A stretch of 64,000 nucleotides of DNA. Origin: Balanoglossus misakiensis. Its lineage: Eukaryota > Animalia > Hemichordata. Location: positions 11,211,625 through 11,275,624 of the forward strand of contig CM082579.2 of NCBI GenBank assembly GCA_040954595.2. Reading direction: 5' to 3'. Positions 1-12,300 of this stretch are shown here, piece after piece; the first letter of the stretch is position 1; every line of letters begins with the position of its first letter. The position numbers and the translations under genes were made by a program. The notes beneath the pieces were generated by a model. The model did no database searches. It was not told the origin of the DNA and saw nothing but the letters and a program-made list of their open reading frames with translations.

Positions 1-266
1 TTCCGAGTCTTCTGTGCCAAATTAATCCAACAATTTTAAAACAACTTGCCAATCTGAATTCATCACTGTCAAAATTTCAATAAATATCTGGTCGATGCAG
101 CGCCATTATATGAACAAACTGGAAACCTATAAATTTCTTTCACATGGAACATTTTTTGTGTGAATTGAGTGAGAACTATTGTTTCAAGACTTAAAAGTTG
201 AGTCGCCGGAGATGCGACTCAGAATGTTGAGACTAGAGATGACCATGGGTTCAAAGAGTAATCCAA

Positions 267-389
267 TCACTGTTCCTCTTCATTCGGTTGATTGTTAGTG
301 TTCCACATGGATGCATTCATGGCTTGGCTTCCAGATGGACCCCAGATGCTGGTACGGAAAGAGTCAAAAGGATCAAATGTGCCTGATAC
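267..389 (-). CDS. TMEM131: TMEM131 last coding exon (VSGTFDPFDSFRTSIWGPS...EEEQ*)
   Basis: ttacag acceptor, FDPF...IWxP terminal motif, TGA at 269-267. Confidence 0.85.
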   Translation of the reverse strand, partial: VSGTFDPFDSFRTSIWGPSGSQAMNASMWNTNNQPNEEEQ

Positions 390-3300
390 CTGTAACATCA
401 AACATAAGTACATCTTCTTGTTAGCAATCATCTTTAACCTTTTTTTATATTTCTCTTGAAATGTTCACATAATCTATCTTTACACTCAGAACCAATCTTG
501 TTTGCTGAGTTCTATATTTAGAAAGAGACATGAACAAAACACACCAAAATCTGACGCCCAAGTTACAATTTAATACCAGTGGTCTCCCCAGAGCAATTAA
601 AGCAGTGGTCACACTACTCTTTTATTTTGAGAAGACAATAGAACTTAATTAACATAACAAGGGGTTATATTGTTATGCAAATTAGCCACTACTCTAGTGA
701 AAATTCCTAGGGAGAACACCGAATACTATGATCCATGTGATGTGGCTCACAAGCACAATGGCAGCAAAGCAATGTTGGCCTTCACAACTAACCTCAGGTT
801 TCTGAGTTGGACTGTGGCTGCTCATATCCAATAATGAACTGTCATTGCTGCTGCTTCCAGTTGTCCATATGGAGTCAGATGTCCAGATAGATGGAATCAA
901 GTTGTTATCCCGACTGGCTGACTTGGGTGTGTCCCAAAGTTGGGTACCATGAAACAATGACTGCTATTAAAAAGATACACAATGTGTAGTTAAACTTAAT
1001 TTATCAGCGATGTCATGAAATAGCCAGCAGCTAGCAAAAACCAGCTGTAAGCAAATAATTGCTGGAATTGAGATACTATTTTTACAGAAGATTTGGGAAT
1101 ATGTACAAACATTATTGCTACATGTATAGTCTTGCTGGCACTCATGAATTACATGAAAACTTGGAAAATTACAAATACGCACTTGCACACGCACAAACGA
1201 GAACATTCACATCAAGACAGAAACTGATATTTAAGTATACATTGGTACACTTAAATGGTATATTGTCCTGTTGCCCAATTTGAATACAACAATGATTGGA
1301 TCGGTATATGTATTGTAACTTACCGGTTTTGCAGCATTTGCTGTAGTTGTGTTCCAAGATGGTGTGGATGCTTGGGATGATGAAATGCTACTGGATGGGT
1401 CCCATAGAGAACAGGCTGGCTTACTGGAACTTAAACCGTATCCCAACCATGGGCCTGCTGCTGCACTACTATCAGCTTTCTTGGTGTCCCACATGGATGT
1501 GGCTACATCTGAACAAGAAAATCATTCAAATGCAGGTTAGCCTATCTCCTTCAATACCCAAATTTGAAAAGCCAAATTACTGTGATATAATTACGCATCT
1601 AATAAATATTTATGAGAAGGGGTATAAGATATACTGTAAAACACTTTATTTTCACGAGCAATAAATTTCCGCGAAATACGCGAGAGCAAAAATAGCGTGA
1701 AAATAAAAATTTGTGTAATTTGTTTTTGAAGATAACAATGCAGTGAATGAAATAAGAGAACACGAAAATTAATACACGCGAAATAGTGGCCTCTCTCGAT
1801 ATCGCAAAAATAAAGTGTTTTACAGTATCTGGGGAGCATTGGCCAATGTCACAGATTCATTATAAGTTGCTTCAGCTCTGACAGCCCCATGCCTAACTCT
1901 GTTCATCCAGACACCTTCTAACTGCCCATGTAGCCATACAGAACCACCAGGCTATTTGAAGGCATATGTGCCACAGTTTATTGCAAACATTTCACTCACC
2001 GTCAGTGTATGGGAAATGAGTGGGTTCCTGGAGATGGCCGAATGTTGGGGCGTGCTTTCTGGGTTGGTTGTAGTTTGGATCAGCGTTTGGTGTTAGCGGT
2101 ATACCACCAGGAGGACTGGTGGGTGAAGAACCACCACTGCCAGCATCCGAGGAGTCAAGGTCACTGCACAACCAGGATGGTTTGTGTCCTACTTTGTTCT
2201 TAGTTCCAATGGCACCTTGAGAAATAGGAACAATATGGCAAAGTTTTAGCCTTCACCGCTTCAACATGGCACCTCAATGATGTATGAGATTCACAGATTA
2301 ACTATTGGTAAGTCTTTCACACTTGAATTTACAATACAAATGAAAACAATCAGAAACTAATTCAAAAACTAGTTGTAAGCTTGGCAACTGCCCAAACAGT
2401 TCCATGCAACTTCAAGCTATACTGTACAGTCACAACGGCAGCTATGATTGAATACACTGTAAAAGCATTACTGTTTTATTGAGTTTTAATTTTCTTACTT
2501 TCACCAATTCATAAAATCTGCTAAATTAAATCCTATTTTTGACAATGTAAAATAAAAATAGAATTCATTGCTCCATAGCCAAATTTTTAAATCTAAAACT
2601 TAGTGCATGTGCCACCAAACATAAAAACTGTGAAATTAAATCCCAGTGAAAATAAATGCTTCTACAGTTACTTGATATCGCTCAAAAATAGACTTCCACA
2701 TACCCGGGTGTTTGTTCTTGTCACCAACTGCAGTAAAAGCTGAATTGCATGCTTTGCCAGGTGCAGACAGTGTCTTGTTCACTTTGCTTTTCTTCTTGGA
2801 CTTGCCAGTGAGATCTCCATTGCTGGTGCTGCTAACAACACTGCTGTAGCTGTTGTTACGACTACCGGCCGCTGCACACGTCAAGGTACCTCCAGTTGCT
2901 GTCAGTGCAGTAGGGTGGACTTGTGAGGGTTTGTACAAAAAGTTTTCAGCGTGTAACAGTGGGTTAGCTTCCAGGGTCTGTATGGAGAGCTGTTGCAAGC
3001 CGTCTACAACATTGAAAAAGCAAACACATGCATTCAATTATCAGTGAGTCAGGCATGCAATGATGTGCCATACTATTTATCTTTAGATGAATCTATAAAG
3101 TTGGTGCGAAAGTTACACATGATGGATGTAGTTTGACTTATTTGAAACAGACAAATTGTACATTTGAACATTTTTTCCCCAGTCACATACCTACATTTGC
3201 AATCTGTTATCAGCCTCGACAAACTAACAACATTATGTATACAACATATCTCTTTCTCCAAGCACTGGAGTTCATCAGTTTTCAATGTACTTTTTTACCA

Positions 3301-6300
3301 ATACAGAAATGCAATCTGCAATTTAGACTATTTCTGAAGAACTAACAGTTTGGTCTCAATATTTATCTTTCACTGTTTTCTGTAGATCAGTACCGGTACC
3401 AGTGGACGCTTTTGCACTAGATGATTCTGATATTCAAGTGACTGGATAAGTATAGTTAATATAAGTCACATGCACTGATGCAGTCAGTCTTAAGTCTTAA
3501 ATGAAGTATAATACATGCTTAAAACATTGCATAGTCAGTTACAAATGTTATCAGCATCCACAATGAAATAATAGGTATACACCTTTTTCATAAAAAGGGC
3601 CCCCTTCCAAGATGGCGTGAATACAAAGCCAGTGGGTCACGGAGTAAAATCTTTATCAGCTTTTGTATCGTTGCTTTAGTTGGGACCGACGTTTGACAGT
3701 CTCATTTTTATTGTAAGGTAAATTTTACATGCAACTTGTATCACAAATACAACAAACCAGACAAGCCCGAGCAGTACTTTGTGACCTACTGGCCTTTTTG
3801 TATCGACTGCTTGGAGATGACGCCATGTTTTGGAAGAGCGCCCTCTTTGTGACAAAGGCATATTATCTTGAAGTATATTTTGACAAAGAAGACAATGAAT
3901 TTTGATGACAATTTTCAACATTGATGAGCTACAGCATTATTTTTTCGTACCACAATTGAAAGTTTGAAAGTATGCAGGCACTGACTAACCACAAACATAA
4001 TTTAACTATCAGAATGACAAATCACCAGATATAAACAGAATATGCTCATGAATGTATAAGAGATTTGACAGAGACTGAAAACTAGCCTGTACTGTATAGC
4101 CATCTTTATGAAATCAGTATCTCCAGCAAGTTTCATAAAATGTGTCTTAGTAACTCTGGATTTTTAAGCACAAACTTGTATAATTGTAGTTAAACAATAC
4201 AAACTGCTCAACGTCTCATGTTAGTCAGATGACACATGTATGTTGTCAGGGGTGTATTATGAACTTGTAGGAAACAGACCAACAGGAATTCTATTGATAG
4301 TAGAGTTAATGTGTATACAAATATACTGACCAGTGTTAGGGAGTGGTTTAGGTTGATCCCATAATGGTGGTGGTGAATCCTTGTCCACATCACTACTTTT
4401 ATCACTGCTACTCTCACTGATATCATTCATCTTGACATTGAACGTGGAGAGACCAGCTGTACTGTCTGAAAATTTACACACAGGATCAAAAAAGTCAATA
4501 CAAGAAATTCTTGACGACTGAAAAACCACTGCCTAGCAATCTGTGTGTCATATTATATCAGACTTTTTAGACATTTCCACTGATCAGTGTTGATCAATAT
4601 CACTGTTGTTTGGAAAAAATGGGCAACTTTACTGGGCATCATTTCATACCTTTGATATTTCTCTTCATAGCCTTGGCAGCAACAGCTGCAGCAATAGAGT
4701 GTGGTGATGTTGGTCCCTTCACTTTACGTCTACCAGCCTCTAGAGCTGTGGTGTACGGCAACTCAAGGGTACTGTCGGGACAAGAAACATTTATTTCAAT
4801 TTGCAGCCATCACAATGTCATCACAATAAAAAAATTCACATTTAAGTTTCAATCCAATCTCAGCAATATGCTCATTGCCAATCTGGTGAATGTAAGTGCT
4901 GTCTTTGAGCGTTGGGTCTTGTATCATTTGTAATTGTATGCAGCCCACAAACACAATCTGATTAAAATCAGATGCAGGGAAGGTGACGTCTTTCACTTAG
5001 CAGTGTGTTATTCTTATGCTGTCGCCTCACACTACATCTGACCAACTCCTATATAACTTCACCTCCCGTTGCAGCCAGCCCAATCAGCACATTACGACAA
5101 TTCTACACTGACGGATACATATTGATATCTATAAGGTATCTTTTGATTGGTTTACTGGCCCAGTAAAACCACAGACTTTGAACGTTGTTATAAAAGTATT
5201 TCTTTGGTGAGCTCTTCAATAGTTTCCATGTGCTTTATGATAATGTTATTGTCAAAAAACTTAAAACAGACATTTTTAAAGCTACATCTCTGTTCATACG
5301 TTTGCCACAGATGATAGTGGTATAAAAACGTACCTTGGTCGTAGAACATCTCCATTGAAGATAGATTTAGGGTCCACTTTACCACTTTTGCGGGATTTGG
5401 ACTTCACCTTAACATTTTCAAACCTCTTCAGGTTGCCAATATCAAGGATGTCATCTTTCTTAAGTTTTGACTTTTGTTTTGTTGTCATGTCGGAATAAAA
5501 TCCTCCCAAGTTGTCGTCGTCGTAATCTGACTTCAAGTTTATAGGCTGTACAGAGTAATGAACAATGAAGATTGACATGTCAGATATCAGGTTTTTCACA
5601 TCAAGCATGGGAACCTTCAGGGAGACTTCCCTTGAACTACATTGGACACAGCACATTTGCCTTCCACAAAGCTCAAGGTACATGTACGTATGTGTGATGA
5701 ATGATTGAGACAGGCATATACAAGTTGCACCTTATTTATTATTAAAGGGACAAAGTGTACATGTATCTGTCACTGCCTTTTTCCATTAATATGTTTGATA
5801 CAAGACGCCATTTATATTAGTCTACATGTGGATATACATGTATAGTGAATCAATGTTCAACCACACACAGCTTCCATCAGACTTGTAGACACGAGAGTAA
5901 AAAACTCGCTAAAATGAATAATCAGTCTCTACCGTTTATTCATTTTGGCGAGATTTTTACTATCATATCCCATTAACGGGACGGAAGTTGTGTGTAGTTG
6001 AACGTTGATTCACTATCTATATGTACTTGCAATTTATTTGATTGTATGCCAATTTAATTTGTTGTACTCCTCAGAATAAATAGCTGCAATAGCTCAAAAA
6101 ATAAGGAAGAACAATAGGACAAGATTATAACTTTTTTATAACCACTATGAAATCAAAACATAGTAGTAGTAGTAGATGTAAGGTGACTTACTTGCTTGGT
6201 GAATTTGTCAATGGAATCCAGATCTGGATTTGAACATTCAGTTGTCGTGGAAGAAGAATCATCGTGATCATACATAGTCAGATCTTCCTTCCTCAACAAC

Positions 6301-9300
6301 TTGTCTTTCATGCGGTCTTTTTCTTCTCGCTTTAAAGTTGCTTTGGACTTGCGTTGTTTCGGCCTCGTCTTCCTAGCGCTAATACTATCTAAGTCATTAA
6401 AATCTGTCGGCTGCTTTGTTTGTTCAGTTGTCGTATCATCCACTTTCACACACGAGTTGAGATTAACGTTTTCAACAAGATTCTGTTTTTGGAGTTCGTA
6501 CTCATTGTCCAGGAGCCTGGTGTTGTTGATAGTGTTTTGCTCGAGTTCCGGTTCCATAAATAGTCGTCGTTTGTTACTTTTGGGTTGGTTGTGTTTCTTG
6601 GTGACTGGTGGTGAGTTTCCTGAGGGTAATGGATTTGATGATGATCGAGTCCCGAGGTTTTCCACGTGAGATATTTTTGTGTTGGTACTCCAGCTGTTCT
6701 GTCTCATTTTTTCCGTTTTCTCGTTGATTTGTTGTGCATCTTGATGTAGATGTGTATTGTTAGGCATGGTGGTATGGTTGTTTTGTAGTGGGGATGGAGT
6801 TCTCGGCCGTAGTCCAAGAGTACTACTCAGGCCAGCAATAAACCCACCAGAACTGAAAAACAAAAAATAAACATTTCACAGGTTTTTTACTACAAAAGTA
6901 CAAATGTTAACCAAGTCTTAATCATATGAATCCTTTGTTCATACTTTACATGAAAGAACTCAGACACAGTTTTTTTTTCTTTTATAATTCAGTAGTATGC
7001 AGAGTTCTCAAAATTGTGACATACTGACTATCAAATCAACGCTATATGACCAGCAGTTTTTTAGAAGTCAATTGTGAACAGACAGATGGACAATGACTGA
7101 CAATCAGACTATATAGCTCTGCATTGCTGCCAGTTGAGCTAAAAAAAATGAAGAAAAGAAAATAACCGGTGATGTGATTGGTGATTTGAAATTGTTTGAA
7201 CCTACCCGAGTAACTAATAGTGATAAAGAGGGAATCAGTTTACCTTGTATTTGTATCCTGAGTGTTGGTTTTAACACCACTTCCAATGCTTCTCAAATCA
7301 AATCTTTTACTTCGATCTATGACTTGTTCCGTTCCAATTTTCTTCCTGTGCATTGTTATCGGGGGATGAAATCGCAAAGCTTCCAAGTAAGACACCATGA
7401 GCACGCCCATAAATAATGTTATCATCAGGCAAATGGTAGCAGCATATAGCAAGTGTTCCCATGGTGGTCTGGGTATAGCTGATGAGCAGTAAGGTAACAT
7501 GTTTGGTGGTATGGTTGCAAGTAAAGTGTACTCCATGTCTGGGCCTCTTGTTGTCAGGAATTTCAGTTGACGCGTCACTCTGGACAGGGTGAAGTCGGGT
7601 GTAAAACTGGAAATGGAAAAAAACAAATGCATATGTTGTTAAATCTAAAAGTCATTGTCGATGACACAGTACCCCCTTCCCAAGATTAAAACACTGGAAC
7701 ACTGAAAACAGTCAAAGAATGTCTGCAACATGGCTCTGAAACGTTTCTATTACTAGTATTAGCCGTGTGCTATATCAAAGCACATCACAAAAACAAGCAT
7801 TGACAAATACTTGACATGCACCTGTATATCACAGCAAGTTTTGCTATGACAGAAAATAATCTGAAGGTGTCTGGAGCAATATATGAAAAAAGTTTAAGAC
7901 TTTCATTTCGAGACATGTCCACCCTAAGGGATATGTCATTTACGGTTGTGGTACTTTAACCCTTTCACCCCCAATTCCCTCTTTAGAGGTCCACCTTTAC
8001 CATAGGAAACAATGGTTTTAGACAGAACCATGGTGGTGAAAGGGTTAAATGTTAAGTAACCAATACACTTTCTTGTCTTGAAAAAAACAACCTGGATGTA
8101 TACTTACGCTATATCTATTTTGTAGGTCTGGTTTGGTTTTATAATGTACGGTTTACAGTTCAGTACTTTGAAGCCATAACCTTCACATTCAAAACCATTC
8201 ACTTCAAAACTTTTGATGTGGATAGGCAGTTGGCCTACATTTTTTGTTGTAAATGTTCTTTTGACTGTAAAATTAGGAGGTGATCTTGCCCTAGCAGATG
8301 ATTCTGTTGGGAGAAAAAATCAGACAATGTTATGAATCGTACAGAGAAAATAGCCATCAACATCTGGGTACAGATTATTTGTTGTATATTAGTTGAGACT
8401 GGTCAAACAGGCAATACGCCATTCTAATAATTGTGCTTCTCTGTGTTATGACACACACATAGCTCACTCGATCAACAAAAGTGTGCATGCTCTGTTGTAA
8501 CAGTCTGCAGGGTAGCTTTACTAAGAAACAGTCACAGCACAAAGCCTCTGACACAGTTCTGTCCCCTCAACTGTATACGATGACTCAAACATGATTATTA
8601 TGGATGAAGAACTTGAAACAAATTACTGCAAGTATGCAATGAGAGAAACAGGTTAAGTTGCAATATATTAGAGTTTCATGTATTGCTGACTTTATTAGTC
8701 AAAAGACGGGGTATTGTGGTCCCAATCACCCTTTTCATAAGTCTAGCGCCCTTGCACAGCCATCATGAATTTTAACTCAAAGCGAGCCCAATGGGGAAAG
8801 TTGACCAATCACATCAATGGGATTTCCCCATGGGCCTCGGTTTGCGTTCAAATTCATGATGGCTATGTGAGGGAGCTAGACTTATGAAAAGAGCGTATCT
8901 GAAACATAAATGTGTCTGGTAGAGCAATCAATGTTTCTGGTGCAGCAAATGGCCCACTGGCAGTTGCACTGTTTACAAAGAGAATGGAGATCACTGGCTG
9001 TGACTGGGCCAAACTGAAGAGGTTATACACATGGGTTGTTGTAGAGGGAGGCTGTTGGTTAGTCTGGTATAGCGAGTTTAAGAACTTACTATCACAATCT
9101 TGCAGATGGCTTTGTTTGAGTTCGAACAGCAGAGTACTATTGGGGCCAGGTTTTCTCCCACTCACACGGAATTCACCTCTTGCACCCTGGCCTTCAACCA
9201 GCAAAAAATCCAGTATGGTAAGGTTGTTTCTGCAGTAAGAAATATCAAAACAATTTTATAATGTACGATTATTTTCAATTGTGTACGCAAGAATGTGTAC

Positions 9301-12300
9301 TTGCCTTGACAATGATTGACACCTGAACAAATAAAAGTGACTTTTTTCACGGGACCATGAACCTTTGTTCGGATAAACTGAATACCGTAAAACACTTTAT
9401 TTTCGCGAGTTGAAATTTTCGCAGTATCGAGAGAGGCCACTGTATCGCGTTCTCTTATTTCATTCACTGCATCGCTATCTTCAAAAACAATTTATGCGAC
9501 TTTTTATTTTCACGCTATTTTGGCTCTCACGTATTTGGCGAAAATTAATTGCTAACGAAGATGAAGTGTTTTACAGTATTGGATTAATTGACTTTAGGAT
9601 AAACAGCGCCCGACTCTACTCGGACAGTGAGTCTACAATGGCATGTCCAGTGGCTAGTGGTGATTGGTAGCATACATAATTGAATCTAAGCACATCACTC
9701 TCTTATACACCAGTTTCATCAGAATTTCTGAAACATATCAACACACCTGAAAACCTCAAGGGCAGTTTACTTCAGACTTACCTTATCAATATAAGTGATG
9801 TGCGGATGACCTCATCAAGTGGGGTAAAACCAATACCGACTGTTACATTGGATCTTGGTTTGATCAGCAGAGACAATGTACTTGTGTTGCTTTTCACTCC
9901 AAATGTGTTTGCTATGTTGTTACTATGTTTGACAGCACTGCTCTGCGTTGATGTCTACAGATGATACAATATTTAAAATTATTACTCACTGAACAGAAAG
10001 GGATTCATAATTGATCAATTAAGACACTTATTCTGTTGGTTCTTTACAACCCACAATCCCATTTATATCATTTCAGCCCTGATTGTAAAGGTTAGAGACA
10101 GGAGCTTGGATACTTACATTGTACAAATCAGCCAGAAAAAATAGTTTTGAACTGTCCACTTCGATCGTGTCTGGATCAAATCTAGAAATACAACAAATAC
10201 AGAATATGTTGGTGAATTGTGTAACCATGACAGAAAAATTTGCAGTAGTCAAGAAAACACATTTCCCAACGATAATGGTTCATGATGTCGTTTCCTAGTC
10301 TCCACACACACACACCAACCAATCAAATCAGCTCCCAATAGTACATACACTGCAAAATGGGAAATTTTCGCAAACAATAAACAACGCGAGAGCCAAAAAA
10401 ACAACAAATTGTTGTGAAAGAACAATGTGTCAAATAGAATTTTTTTCGGAGATAAGAGAACCCAAAAAATAATCGTTGCAAAAGTCTCTGCTGTTGATAT
10501 CGCGAAAAATTTCCCGTTTTACAGTATATAGGAGCTAATAGAGAGCAAAGACACCTTAACCCAGTTAAGACTGCTACTTCTGGGTCTATACAACCTGATT
10601 AAACTCAGGTGTAGAGTTGGGCGGTAATCTGTTCTCGTTGTACGTGCCACAATACATATGAACCTATGCCATAAAGGATCTTGTTTTAGCGAATGGTTCC
10701 ATTCGACCAATCAAACTAAGAATATAGGAATAAAATGTGTAGAATCTTACCTCTCTCTGTCCATGATGATTTCTAAAATAGTTTGCGGACTAGGATAGCT
10801 GGCAACAGGCAATAACTGAACTAGCAAAGGCACATCTGATGGATTGTAAATTTTGACCTCTTCAATCTGTGGACAAAGAAATTATTGAATGAATGATGCA
10901 TGGATCTTTTTGCAGTATCACATTTCTGATGAATTTCAATTGACAATGTCATTATGAACTATCATTGATGATTTTAACCATATTTTCTTGTACATTGTAC
11001 CGGGTAATCCCTAAAAGCATGCTGAAATAGGAAGCATTTGACTTTCTGACATAATGACACTGAAGTGCCTTTAGAAATATTCATGCCCTCCTTGTATTTG
11101 TTACTGGAAAAAAAGACTGGCATTTGTTATCAAAAACAACAAATAAGAAGGCTCCTTTATAAGACTGAAAGATTTGACACCACTTACCGAACTGTTTCCA
11201 ATTTGTGTCAGAGGAAACTGAATATGGTCTTTGCGAAGTAATGATGGCCAGATCAACTGTGCCTCTGCTGGGATGTTGTACCCTTTTACTAAATTAGTGT
11301 TTAACCTTAAGGTGATATTTGAACTGCAAGAAAAATCAGACAAAATAACGTCCACATACAATTTTTGTACAATATAATTGGCTGCAGAGATGAAAACACA
11401 CTACAATGAAACGTGTCTAGACTGAACAATGTTTGGACATAGAAAAACACAGTAATAATAGCCACTATTCAGTTAAGGATGTGAGTGCAGAACGTAAACC
11501 GGTAAACTGCTCAGACTTGTGCGCATGTGTCTCTTCATTTCAAAATACGTTGGATCTTTTTCATTTGTGTGAGATGTTATTGATGTTGTTGTGGACACTA
11601 ATATGTGCCAGTTTTTAACATGAAGGTAAATATTTCCATGGCAAAGTTTTGGAAAATACCCGTTTTTTGCGTCACAAATGTTATGCCAATATAAAAGATA
11701 GAATTTGAGTAGAGTTGCAACAATTGATAATTTAGCACTATTTTTTTATGCTGATCAATACACAAAGACCTTATCAAGTGAAATAAAACATAACTCAGAT
11801 AATGTCAGATGTTGATGATTTTTATGCTGTTCATCTACTGCAGTACAGAAACATCCCAAGGAAAGTGAAACAATACACTTACATGGCATAGCCTGTGTCT
11901 TGTATTTCTTGCCAATGACTACGAAACCCTTGATACAGGTCTGTGTCTAAATCCACAATATCAGGTGGTACAGAAAGACTCTGTATCCACTGAAGGCCAT
12001 CTGCAAAATAAATCATAAACTCATGGTTTTATGAAAACAATACTGTTGGATAACTCTTCCATATTTCTGTTCTGTGTATCAAGCTTCTGCTACTCCATGC
12101 ATGTTTAATCTGTATTGTTATTGAAAATTTAATCCAGATATAAATCTAATTATCATCATTTAAAAAAACCAAGAGTTGAATTTATCAACTTTTTGTATGC
12201 ATGTAAGTTGCACAGTTTACTGATGACAATGCAGTTTACATTACACACACAATGTGGACAGATTCAACTCTAGACTTTTTGATATAATGGCTAGGCTCAT

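Noticed and set aside
3676-3921. Possible extra TMEM131 exon (DNMPLSQRGRSSKTWRHLQ...)
   Set aside because: Exons 30 and 31 already join in phase, and no convincing phase-1 donor was found.
6301-6669. 122-aa plus-strand ORF, and similar ones at 1349, 4610, 9680 and 52677
   Set aside because: Antisense shadows of real exons; no independent protein signature.
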